From: Nocardioidaceae bacterium
GTDB lineage: Bacteria > Actinomycetota > Actinomycetes > Propionibacteriales > Nocardioidaceae
DNA length: 54,324 nucleotides
NCBI GenBank assembly: GCA_033854915.1
Contig: JAWWPM010000053.1
Location: 1 to 54,324, forward strand
Direction of reading: 5' to 3'
The notes below the pieces were generated by a model. That model made no database searches. It saw only the letters and a list, made by a program, of their open reading frames with translations, and was not told the DNA's origin. The first letter of the stretch is position 1, and every line of letters begins with the position of its first letter. The position numbers and the translations under genes were made by a program. Positions 25,714 to 34,081 of the stretch are shown here, one piece after another.

Positions 25714-26987
25714 GGTGGTCGGGGCCCGCGCTGCTCGGCGTGCTGCTCGGCTCGGTGCCGCTGTTGGTGACCGGGCCGGCGCGGGCCGCCGGTGTGGGTG
25801 ACTGCACCCAGACCACCGACTCGGTGGTGGCCCAGGTCAGCCACCAGGCCAGTCGACCCCTCGACCAGCTCGCGATCGCGCGGGCCCTGGCCCTGATCGC
25901 CCGGCCGGGCCACCTCCCGGGTGCCGGGGTCACGGTCGCCGTCGTGGACAGCGGCATCGAGCCGGGCGCGCAGATCCCCGTGCGGGCGTCGTACTCCGTC
26001 AACGGCGGGGCCGTGAAGGTCGCCGACTACCACGGCACCGCAGTGGCGGGACTGGTCGCCGGGCGGGCGCGCCCGGGTGGGCTGCCGACCGGGATCGCTC
26101 CGGGCGCGGGGATCGTCGACGTGCAGGTCTTCGGCTGGCCGACGGGAGCCGCCGGCGCGGGTGCCGGCCTCTCGACCGAGCACCTGGTCTCCGGGCTCGA
26201 CTGGCTGGCCGCACACGCCCGCAGCCTGCACGTGCGGGTCGCGGTCGTGGCGCTCGCGGTGACGCCCACGCCCGACCTGGCTGCCGCCGTCCGTGCGGTG
26301 CAGCACCAGGGGGTGCTCGTCGTGGCCGCTTCCGGCAACCGCCCGACCGAGCCGGGCTCGGGCTACCTCAGCGAGTTCGCGACCGATCGGCCGGGACAGG
26401 ACGGCAGGTCGGAGATCGGCCCGGCCCTCGAGCCCGGCGTGCTCACCGCCGGCACCACCGCCGCGGGCAACGATCTCGCGGTCGACCCCGGCTCGATCCC
26501 CAACTCCGCGGTCGACGTCGTGGTCCCGACCGCCGGTGGCATCTCGGTGGCCCTCAACGGCGGTAGCTGTGTGCTCACCGCTCCGGCCACCTCGTGGGCG
26601 GCCGGTGAGGTCGGCGGCATCGCCGCCCTGCTCGTCGACCGCCGCGCCGGCGACTCGCCCGCCCGGATCGCGGCCCGGATCGTCGAGACGGCGAGCGGCA
26701 CGTCACCCGACACCGGAGGTGATCCCAGCCGCTACTTCGGCGCCGGAGTCGTGCAGCCGGTCGACGCGCTGACCCGGCCGCTCACGCCGGGACCCGGAGG
26801 AGCGTTCGCCACCCTGCGGCCGCAACCCGACCGCACCCCGCCGGCCCAGGCTCCGCTGCCCGCGGCCGACGTGCTGCACCAGTCGCGCCACCTCGCGATC
26901 TGGGTCGGCCTCGTCGGCGCCGGGCTGGTCGCGGCCGCGTCGATCCTCCGGCCGCTGTTCGGTCGCCGGTCCGGCCGTGGCGACTGA
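25710..26987 (+). CDS. mycP: Mycosin, S8 serine protease
   Basis: Signal peptide; VAVVDSG, HGTAVAG, AASGN, ATSWAA; C-terminal TM; GTGA overlap with eccB. Confidence 0.88.
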   Translation: MRWSGPALLGVLLGSVPLLVTGPARAAGVGDCTQTTDSVVAQVSHQASRPLDQLAIARALALIARPGHLPGAGVTVAVVDSGIEPGAQIPVRASYSVNGGAVKVADYHGTAVAGLVAGRARPGGLPTGIAPGAGIVDVQVFGWPTGAAGAGAGLSTEHLVSGLDWLAAHARSLHVRVAVVALAVTPTPDLAAAVRAVQHQGVLVVAASGNRPTEPGSGYLSEFATDRPGQDGRSEIGPALEPGVLTAGTTAAGNDLAVDPGSIPNSAVDVVVPTAGGISVALNGGSCVLTAPATSWAAGEVGGIAALLVDRRAGDSPARIAARIVETASGTSPDTGGDPSRYFGAGVVQPVDALTRPLTPGPGGAFATLRPQPDRTPPAQAPLPAADVLHQSRHLAIWVGLVGAGLVAAASILRPLFGRRSGRGD

Positions 26988-27020
26988 CCGCTTTGGGTCT
27001 CCGTGGGTCGTCGCGGGGGC

Positions 27021-27104
27021 TTCATCATGTGATGTAGGTGAACCGGCACTTCCCGCGACGAGTTCACCGTGGGAGGTGAGGGCTCGCCCACTTCACATGA
27101 TGAA
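27021..27104. repeat. 84-nt long imperfect hairpin with 12-bp perfect terminal inverted repeat
   Basis: ttcatcatgtga ... tcacatgatgaa, inner stem cacttcccgcg/cgtgggaggtg. Confidence 0.7.
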
Positions 27105-27187
27105 ACTGGGATCGGTGGGGCTGCAGCTGACGCGGTGGCTCCGGACCACCCCCGGGCCCGGAGCCACCGCATCGCCCACCGGTCGGC

Positions 27188-28030
27188 TCAGGCGCGCCAG
27201 CGGGAGAAGCGCCGCTCGAGGCCGACCAGGCTGTAGTTGACGACCAGCCCGAGCACGGTGGTGGTGAGGATGGCGGCGTACATCTGTGGGATCAGGTAGT
27301 TCATCTGGGCGTAGTTGATGAAGTAGCCCAGCCCCGCGGTCGCGCCGACCATCTCGGCGGCGATCAGCACCAGCACCGAAGTGGCGCCGGCGATCCGGAC
27401 GCCGGTGAAGATCGTCGGCAGGGCCGCCGGGAGCACGACCTTGACGAAGGTCGCGACCGGCGACAGCCCGAGCACCCGCGCCGTGCGCAACAGCTGCTGG
27501 TCGACGTTGCCGACCCCGCTCACGGTGTTGAGCAGGATCGGGAACAGGCAGGCGTAGCAGACGATCGCGATCTTGGAGGTCTCGCCGATCCCGAGCACGA
27601 GCATGAACACCGGCAGGATCGCCAGCGGTGCGGTGTTGCGGAAGATCTCCAGCACGGGCGTGGTCACCTCCCGCACCGAGCGGTACCACGCGATCAGGGC
27701 TCCGAGCGGGACGCCGACCACGATCGCGAGCCCGAAGCCGGCCACGATCCGGACCAGGCTGGCGTGGGTCTGACGCCACATGGAGCCGTCCTTGGCCATC
27801 CCCCACCACGCCCTCAGCACCTCGTGCAGCGGCGAGACGAAGTGCGGGTCGACCAGCCCGGCCCGCGGGGCGAGCTCCCAGACCAGGGCGAGCAGCACGA
27901 CGCCGAGCGCCGTCCGGCCGGCGGTGAAGACGCGGGCCCGGCCGCGCCGCCCCGGCCGTACGCCGGCCGACTGGGCCTGGCGCGGGTTGAGCGTGACCTC
28001 GGTCCGCTCCTCGATCAGCGTGCTAGGCAA
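27188..28030 (-). CDS. ABC transporter permease, SsuC/TauC type
   Basis: SLVRIVAGF, PILLNTVSGV, EAA-like loop, LIAAEMVGA. Confidence 0.9.
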   Translation of the reverse strand: MPSTLIEERTEVTLNPRQAQSAGVRPGRRGRARVFTAGRTALGVVLLALVWELAPRAGLVDPHFVSPLHEVLRAWWGMAKDGSMWRQTHASLVRIVAGFGLAIVVGVPLGALIAWYRSVREVTTPVLEIFRNTAPLAILPVFMLVLGIGETSKIAIVCYACLFPILLNTVSGVGNVDQQLLRTARVLGLSPVATFVKVVLPAALPTIFTGVRIAGATSVLVLIAAEMVGATAGLGYFINYAQMNYLIPQMYAAILTTTVLGLVVNYSLVGLERRFSRWRA

Positions 28031-28856
28031 CCTTCTCGACCTCCTTGACCGCGGCCGTCTGCTCGCGCAGGAGCGTCCAGACCTGGTGGCGGTAGTGAGC
28101 GAACTCGCGGCTCGACCGCACGTCGCTGCCGGCGCTGCGGTCGAGGTCGACCTCGACCACCTAGCGGATCCGACCGGGGCGAGCGCTCATCACGGCCACG
28201 CGCTGACCGAGATAGACCGCCTCCTCGATGTCGTGGGTGATGAACAGGATGGTGGTGCCGGTACGGCGCCAGATCTCGACCAGCTCCTCCTGCATCCGCT
28301 CGCGGGTCTGCGCGTCGAGCGCGCCGTACGGCTCGTCCATCAGCAGCACTTCGGGCTCGTAGGACAGGCTGCGCGCGATCGCCACCCGCTGCTTCATGCC
28401 GCCCGAGAGCTCGTGCGGGTAGCGCCCTGCGAAGTCGGTGAGACCGACCAGGTCGAGGTAGTGCCGCGCCCGCTCTCGTCGCTCGCCGCGCCGGAAGCCG
28501 GCGGACTCCAGTGCGAACTCGATGTTGCCGAGCGCCGTCCGCCAGGGCAGCAGCGTGTACTGCTGGAAGACCACGCCGCGGTCGAGCCCTGGCCCGGTGA
28601 TCTGGTGTCCGTCGAGCTGAACGGTGCCCGCCGTCGGCTGGGACAGACCGGCGACCAGGTCGAGCACCGTGGACTTCCCGCAGCCGCTGGGGCCGACCAG
28701 CGTGACCAGCTCGCCGTCGCCCACCTCGAGGTCGAGGTCGTCGAGGGCCACGAACTGGTGGAGCCCCTTGCCAACGCCGTTGGCGGTCGCGTCACCGGAG
28801 CCGGGGCGCACCCAGAACTCCTGGCGGACCCCGATCAGGGAGATGTGCCCGGCCAT
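28023..28856 (-). pseudogene. ABC ATP-binding protein (SsuB/TauB type) with an in-frame TAG at 28161-28163
   Basis: GPSGCGKST, LSGGMKQRV, LLMDEP, ITHD; the frame continues after TAG (VVEVDL...REFAHYRHQVW) to a stop overlapping the permease start. Confidence 0.85.
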
Positions 28857-28857
28857 G

Positions 28858-29883
28858 TCAGCTGCCCTTCGTTCCGGCGTACGGGTTGTACTCGTTGGTG
28901 TAGAGCGTCGAGACGTCAAGGCTGCTCTTGAGCAGGTCCTTGGACTTCAGCCAGTCGGTCCAGGTCGCGTAGTCCTCGTCCCGGAGCACCCCGCCCTTGG
29001 TGGCGATGCCGGTGCCGACCCAGGTGGCCAGTGCCGTGGCGTCGTCGGACTCGCCGTGGGCGTCGAGGTACTTCGTGTAGACGTCGAGGGTCTGCTGGGT
29101 CGAGTGCGTCTGGATCCAGTGCACCGCCCTGGCCATGCCGGAGACGAACTCCTTGGCGGTGTCGGGATGGTCCTTCAGGTAGGCGTCGGTCATCTCGTAG
29201 GAGCCCCCGTTGTAGGAGCCGAGGAGATCGGTGTCCTTGACCAGCGGAGTGAGGCCCGGGGTCTTCATCGCGTTGGTGAGCAGGCTGCCCTGGAGGTACG
29301 CCGCGTCGACCTGGCCGTTGCGGAGCGCAGCCTCGGCGTTGATGCTCGGCAGCGGCACGAGCGTCACTTGCTTGATCTGGTCGGGGGTCAGCCCGCTCTT
29401 GGCGAACCAGGTGTCAAGCACGGCCTCGAGCTGGGCGCCGAGGGTGTTCACCGCGACCTTCTTGCCGATCAGGTCCTGGGGCTTGGTGATCTTGCTGCCG
29501 TCCTTGGTGAGCAGCTCGCCGTACACGTCCTTGTCCGAGCCGTAGTAGGCGATCACGGCCTTGATCGGGGTGCCGTTCGCGATCACGTTCGCGGCCGCGC
29601 CGACGAACGCGCCGGCCAGGTCGACCTGGCCGGTGGCCAGCGCCTGGAGGGCCTGCGGGCCGCCCTGGACGACGCCGACGTTCTTCAGGGTGATGCCGTC
29701 GAGGTAGCCGAGTGCGTCGGCCATCTCGGCGATGTTGAGGATGCCGGGGCTGGTCTGGTATCGGATGGTCGTGCCGTCGCCGGCGGCGTCGGCGCTGCCG
29801 CCGCAGCCGCTGGCGAGAGCGGCCACCGCGACCAGTGACGTCGCCGTCGCGAGCAGGCGGGTGTGGACAGGTCGAAAACGCAT
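28858..29883 (-). CDS. ABC substrate-binding lipoprotein, SsuA/NMT1 type
   Basis: Lipobox LASG-C; ALATGQVD, DLIGKKVAVN, ALRNGQVDA. Confidence 0.88.
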   Translation of the reverse strand: MRFRPVHTRLLATATSLVAVAALASGCGGSADAAGDGTTIRYQTSPGILNIAEMADALGYLDGITLKNVGVVQGGPQALQALATGQVDLAGAFVGAAANVIANGTPIKAVIAYYGSDKDVYGELLTKDGSKITKPQDLIGKKVAVNTLGAQLEAVLDTWFAKSGLTPDQIKQVTLVPLPSINAEAALRNGQVDAAYLQGSLLTNAMKTPGLTPLVKDTDLLGSYNGGSYEMTDAYLKDHPDTAKEFVSGMARAVHWIQTHSTQQTLDVYTKYLDAHGESDDATALATWVGTGIATKGGVLRDEDYATWTDWLKSKDLLKSSLDVSTLYTNEYNPYAGTKGS

Positions 29884-29921
29884 GGGGTTCCTTCTCGGGG
29901 TGGGGGAGGGTCGCGGGTCGG

Positions 29922-31283
29922 TCACTTGCCGACCGCGTACGGGAGGTCCTGGTCGGCGAAGAGGCTGTCGGGGCGCGGCAGGCCGTAGTGGTCGCGCAGG
30001 GTCGAGCCGTCGTACTCGGTACGGAACAGGCCGCGCTCCTGGAGGATCGGGACGACCTGGGAGGTGAAGGCGTCGAGCAGCGAGGGGTACGACGGCGGCA
30101 TCACGTTGAAGCCGTCGGCGGCACCGTTCTCGAACCAGTCGGTGATGATGTCTGCGACCTGGACCGGCGTACCGTGCACGACGTTGTGGCCTCGGGCGCC
30201 GGCAAGGCGGTGCAGGAGCTCGCGCAGCGTGGGCTGCTCGCGCTCGACGATGTTGGCGACGACCTGCTTGCGGCTGCGGTTGTTGTCGAGCACGTTGCCG
30301 GCCTGGCCGAAGATGCCCAGCGGCACCCGCTCGTCGAGGTCGAGGTCGGCGACCGAGACGCCCACCAGCTTCTCGAGCTGGGCCAGGCCGTACGCCGGCA
30401 CGGTCAGGCTGTTGAAGTAGTGGTACAGCTCCTCGGCCTCCTGCTCGGTCTCGCCGAGGAAGGGGCTGATGCCGGGCAGCACCAGCACGTGCTCGGGCCG
30501 CCGGCCGAAGCCCTGGGCCCGGGTCTTGATGTCGGCGTAGAACGCCTGCGCGTCCTCGATGGTCTGGTGCGCGGTGAAGATCGCCTCGGCGTTGCGGGCC
30601 GCGAACGCCCGGCCGGTGTTGGAGGAGCCGGCCTGCACGTACACCGGACGGCCCTGCGGCGAGCGAGGCGCGGTCAGCGGTCCCTGGACCCGGAAGTAGC
30701 GGCCGGCGTGGTCGATGGCGTGCACCTTGGCCGGGTCGTAGAAGTAGCCCGCCTCGCGGTCGACGAGGAGCGAGTCGTCCTCCCAGCTGTCCCAGAGCTG
30801 GGTGGTCACGTCGACGAACTCCTGGGCGCGGGCGTAGCGCTCGTCGTCGGAGGGCACGTCGTCCAGGCCGAAGTTGCGGGCGGCGGCCTGGTTGTAGGTG
30901 GTCACGATGTTCCAGCCGGCGCGGCCTCCGGAGATGTGGTCGACAGACGAGAAGTAACGGGCGAGGTTGTAGGGCTCGTTGAACGTCGTGGACGCGGTGG
31001 CGATCAGCCCGATCTTCTCGGTGGCGCCGGCGATCGCGGCCAGCAGTGTCAGCGGCTCCAGGCCGTGGCTGGCGCGGTGCGGCGAGTTGGCGATCTGGGC
31101 GGGGATGTCGGCGAAGAAGATCGCGTCGAGCTTGGCGTCCTCCGCCTTGCGGGCGATCTCCTGGTAGAACGACACGTCGAAGGTGCGTTCGGCGCTGCTG
31201 TCCGGGTGCCGCCACGATGCCTCGTGGTGGCCGGTGTCGTGCAGGAACGCGTTGAGGCGCAGGGTGCGGGCTTGCGGAGTCAT
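29922..31283 (-). CDS. LLM-class FMNH2-dependent monooxygenase, NtaA/DszA/SnaA family
   Basis: WRHP, FFAD, EPYNLAR, SGGRAGWNIVT, SPQGRPVYVQAGSS, DGFNV. Confidence 0.92.
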   Translation of the reverse strand: MTPQARTLRLNAFLHDTGHHEASWRHPDSSAERTFDVSFYQEIARKAEDAKLDAIFFADIPAQIANSPHRASHGLEPLTLLAAIAGATEKIGLIATASTTFNEPYNLARYFSSVDHISGGRAGWNIVTTYNQAAARNFGLDDVPSDDERYARAQEFVDVTTQLWDSWEDDSLLVDREAGYFYDPAKVHAIDHAGRYFRVQGPLTAPRSPQGRPVYVQAGSSNTGRAFAARNAEAIFTAHQTIEDAQAFYADIKTRAQGFGRRPEHVLVLPGISPFLGETEQEAEELYHYFNSLTVPAYGLAQLEKLVGVSVADLDLDERVPLGIFGQAGNVLDNNRSRKQVVANIVEREQPTLRELLHRLAGARGHNVVHGTPVQVADIITDWFENGAADGFNVMPPSYPSLLDAFTSQVVPILQERGLFRTEYDGSTLRDHYGLPRPDSLFADQDLPYAVGK

Positions 31284-31314
31284 TGGGGTCCTCCCGGGGA
31301 TGGGTCGCGCGATG

Positions 31315-31350
31315 AAGTCTGGTTAGTCAATCAACCTAGTAGACTTATAT
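31315..31350. promoter_or_regulatory. AT-rich palindromic operator candidate
   Basis: aagtct-ggttagtcaatcaacctagt-agactt upstream of the monooxygenase. Confidence 0.5.
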
Positions 31351-31539
31351 CAGAGGACGACAACAGGACCGCTCATCTCGGCCGGTGATGCGCGACACAT
31401 CGGCCTGGCACCCGGCACCGACGGGATGGTCCGAGACGAAATCGTCGGTCCGGAGGCGACCGACCGACAAGAACGTCTCGGACTATCCGGCGCGGCCCGG
31501 GTCACCGACAGGGCGGGTGGTCCGTGCGAGAGGGACGAC

Positions 31540-31627
31540 TGGCGGAGGATAGGGGATTCGAACCCCTGAGGGCTTGCACCCAACCCGCTTTCCAAGCGAG
31601 CGCCATAGGCCACTAGGCGAATCCTCC
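31540..31627 (-). tRNA. tRNA-Ser(GGA)
   Basis: GGAGGAT acceptor stem, anticodon loop TT-GGA-AA, long variable arm, GGTTCGAATCC, encoded CCA. Confidence 0.97.
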
Positions 31628-31727
31628 GCCGAGGAGGTTACCGGGCAGCGGACGAGGCGACGAAATCGCTCGCGCCCGGGCGGACGCCGACTTCGTACGT
31701 CGTACGGCGGTCGCCTAGACTTCGGGC

Positions 31728-31814
31728 AACCCCCCATGCGGCGGCATCTCGCTGAACTCCCCCAGGGCCGGAAGGCAGCAAGGGCAGGTGAGCTCTGCTG
31801 GGTGCGTGGGGGGC
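31728..31814 (+). ncRNA. ffs: SRP (4.5S) RNA
   Basis: Helix 8 signature CAGGGCCGGAAGGCAGCAAGG, closing cccccc/gggggg stem, TAGACT -10 upstream; ends approximate. Confidence 0.92.
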
Positions 31815-31830
31815 CCAGTCTTGTCCGGGG

Positions 31831-33591
31831 TCATGTCCGGAGCGCCGCGACCGTCTCGAGGAAGGCGCGGCCGATGGCCCGGCGCTCCTCCTTCTCCGGC
31901 GCGCGGGGCACGGGGCCGTAGGGCACGAAGAAGACGTGGTAGCGCGGCCGCATGACCTCGATCGCGGTCAGGGCGAAGGGGAACGGGCTCACCGCGCTCA
32001 GCAGCGCCTCCTCGTGGCCGCGCCACACGGTGGCGAACTCCTCCCGGACGGCGAGGAAGTTCACCCGGGAGATCAGCCAGAATCCCTCCCCACAGCCGTC
32101 GATGCGTGGCCAGTCGGCGGTGAGCCGGCGCTCGACCTCGCGCCGATCGACCCCGGCGAACACGTGGTCGAGGGCATTGTTGAGGCGCGCCGGCAGGTCG
32201 GTGAGCAGGATCCGCGCCGCTTCGCGGGTCGCGTCGCTGGAGAGGTAGTCGGGCGTGCGCGGCGCGGGTGCCGAGTCGACCAGGGCCGCGACCGGGTCGG
32301 GGTTCTGCTCGGCACGTGCCAGGAACTCCTGGTAGTTGCGCCAGGCGGGGATCGGCTCGAGGACGACGTTGTCGCAGATGTCGAGCAGACGGAGCAGCCG
32401 CCGGGCGGGCTCGGCCAGGGGTACGACGTCGGACTGCGCGAGCGCCTTCAGTGGCCGACGGGAGGCGCGGAACCAGGCCAGGAGGTCGGCGTCGTCGCGG
32501 CACTGTCCCGCCGGCGCGCTGTCGACCGCCGCGGCGACGTAGTCGAGGTCCGGGAGCGCCGCCCTCAGGTCGGCCAGGGCGGGGTCGGCGGCCCCCTCGG
32601 GCGGTGCGGTCGCGAGGTCGAAGATGCCTTCGGCACAGCGCGTCAGCGCCGTGTCCGCCGCCACTGCCGCGTGGTGGTGGATGATCCACCGGTAGTGCTG
32701 GGCCCGCTGCACCAGCATCGTCTCGAACGCCGAGATCGCGCGCGCCCCCAGCCCGATCCGCCAGCCGTCCGGCAGCTCGTGGAGCTCGAGGCTCTCCACG
32801 AGCCGTCGTGAGTCGATGCTCCCGAGCTCGGTGCCGGCGCGCAGCCCGTCGCGCATCAGGTAGTCGAGGCGGTCGACGTCGAACTGGCCGTCGATGATGC
32901 CGTGCAGGCAGTGCGCCCAGTCGTTGCCCTCCCGGTCCGACAGGACCAGCCGGACGAACAGGCGCGGCAGGTGGCTGAAGCAGTCGTCGGGCAGGGCGTC
33001 GAAGATCTGGAGACCGGCCCACTCGTGGAACTGCCCGTGCCCGGTGGCCGCGGCGTACTCGGCCTGCTCGCGCGCGGCCGTCGTACCCATCACCTGGGCG
33101 ATCCGGGCCTGGTAGAAGTCCTCGAGCACGTGGGAGTACGGCGGGTGGCCCAGGTCGTGCAGGAGGCCGACGGCGGCCACGACCAGGCCCACGACGCGGG
33201 GGAAGTCGTGCCACAGCGCCGTGTCCTCGACCTCCGTGCCGGACAGCCAGCGCGCGGTGCACGCGTCGTGCTCCGGCGCGGCTCTCAGCTCGCCGATGAT
33301 CTCCCGCGCGAAGCGCGCCCGGACGTCCTCGTCGCAGGTGCGCCAGGCGCTCTGCCACCCCGCGGCCGCCAGGTGCATCACGCCGAGCGCGTGCTCGTAG
33401 CGAGAGCCGGTCAGGGCGGGATAACGCACGCTGGCCATGCCGTTCTGGGACACACCGCGCAGACGCTGGACGGCCGGCGAGCCCACCAGGGCGGCCAGCT
33501 CACCCGGCACCTCGACGTAGTCGTGGACCGGATCGCGGACCACCCGGCGGCGCGGTGGTGCCTCGTGCTCCGCTCCCGCTGCGTGCGCCAT
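31831..33591 (-). CDS. HD-domain phosphohydrolase, SAMHD1/dNTP triphosphohydrolase-like
   Basis: RDPVH, QRLRGVSQ.G, SRYEHALG, LLHDLGHPPYSH, HEW, DVDRLDYLMRD. Confidence 0.88.
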   Translation of the reverse strand: MAHAAGAEHEAPPRRRVVRDPVHDYVEVPGELAALVGSPAVQRLRGVSQNGMASVRYPALTGSRYEHALGVMHLAAAGWQSAWRTCDEDVRARFAREIIGELRAAPEHDACTARWLSGTEVEDTALWHDFPRVVGLVVAAVGLLHDLGHPPYSHVLEDFYQARIAQVMGTTAAREQAEYAAATGHGQFHEWAGLQIFDALPDDCFSHLPRLFVRLVLSDREGNDWAHCLHGIIDGQFDVDRLDYLMRDGLRAGTELGSIDSRRLVESLELHELPDGWRIGLGARAISAFETMLVQRAQHYRWIIHHHAAVAADTALTRCAEGIFDLATAPPEGAADPALADLRAALPDLDYVAAAVDSAPAGQCRDDADLLAWFRASRRPLKALAQSDVVPLAEPARRLLRLLDICDNVVLEPIPAWRNYQEFLARAEQNPDPVAALVDSAPAPRTPDYLSSDATREAARILLTDLPARLNNALDHVFAGVDRREVERRLTADWPRIDGCGEGFWLISRVNFLAVREEFATVWRGHEEALLSAVSPFPFALTAIEVMRPRYHVFFVPYGPVPRAPEKEERRAIGRAFLETVAALRT

Positions 33592-33661
33592 GTCAGCACT
33601 ATGCACGACCAGCCCAGCAAGGGGTATCGGTCGCGGCTGACCCGGGCCTATCGTCCACAGG

Positions 33662-34081
33662 ATGCTGCTCACCATCGAACGCGTCTCTGCCCTGAAGCGG
33701 GTCTCGCTGTTCGAGCGCACCCCCGACCGGGTGCTGGCAGGCATCGCCCACACCCTCGAGGAGCAGACCTTCGCCCCGGGCGAGGACCTGATGACCGAGG
33801 GTGCGGTCGAGGACTGGATGTTCGTGCTGGTCGACGGCACCGTGCGGATCACCCGGTCCGACCGCGCGGTCCAGCTGGGTCCCGGCGAGGTGGTCGGGGA
33901 GCTCGCGGTGCTCGACCCGCAGCCGCGCGCCGGCACGGTGACCGCGCTCACCGAGGTCCTGGCGTTCCGTCTGCGCAAGGTCGACTTCGACGAGGCGCTG
34001 CGCACCCGACCCGAGGTGGCAGCGGGCGTGATCGGCGAGCTGGTGGAGCGGCTGCGCGAGTCGCACGGCACCGGCACATGA
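33662..34081 (+). CDS. Stand-alone cyclic nucleotide-binding domain protein
   Basis: LTIERVSALKRVSLF, GEVVGELAVLDPQPRAGTV phosphate-binding cassette; no HTH. Confidence 0.9.
   Translation: MLLTIERVSALKRVSLFERTPDRVLAGIAHTLEEQTFAPGEDLMTEGAVEDWMFVLVDGTVRITRSDRAVQLGPGEVVGELAVLDPQPRAGTVTALTEVLAFRLRKVDFDEALRTRPEVAAGVIGELVERLRESHGTGT

Noticed and set aside
27188-31540. tRNA-Ser-integrated genomic island
   Set aside because: No integrase, no duplicated tRNA 3' end and no obvious composition shift
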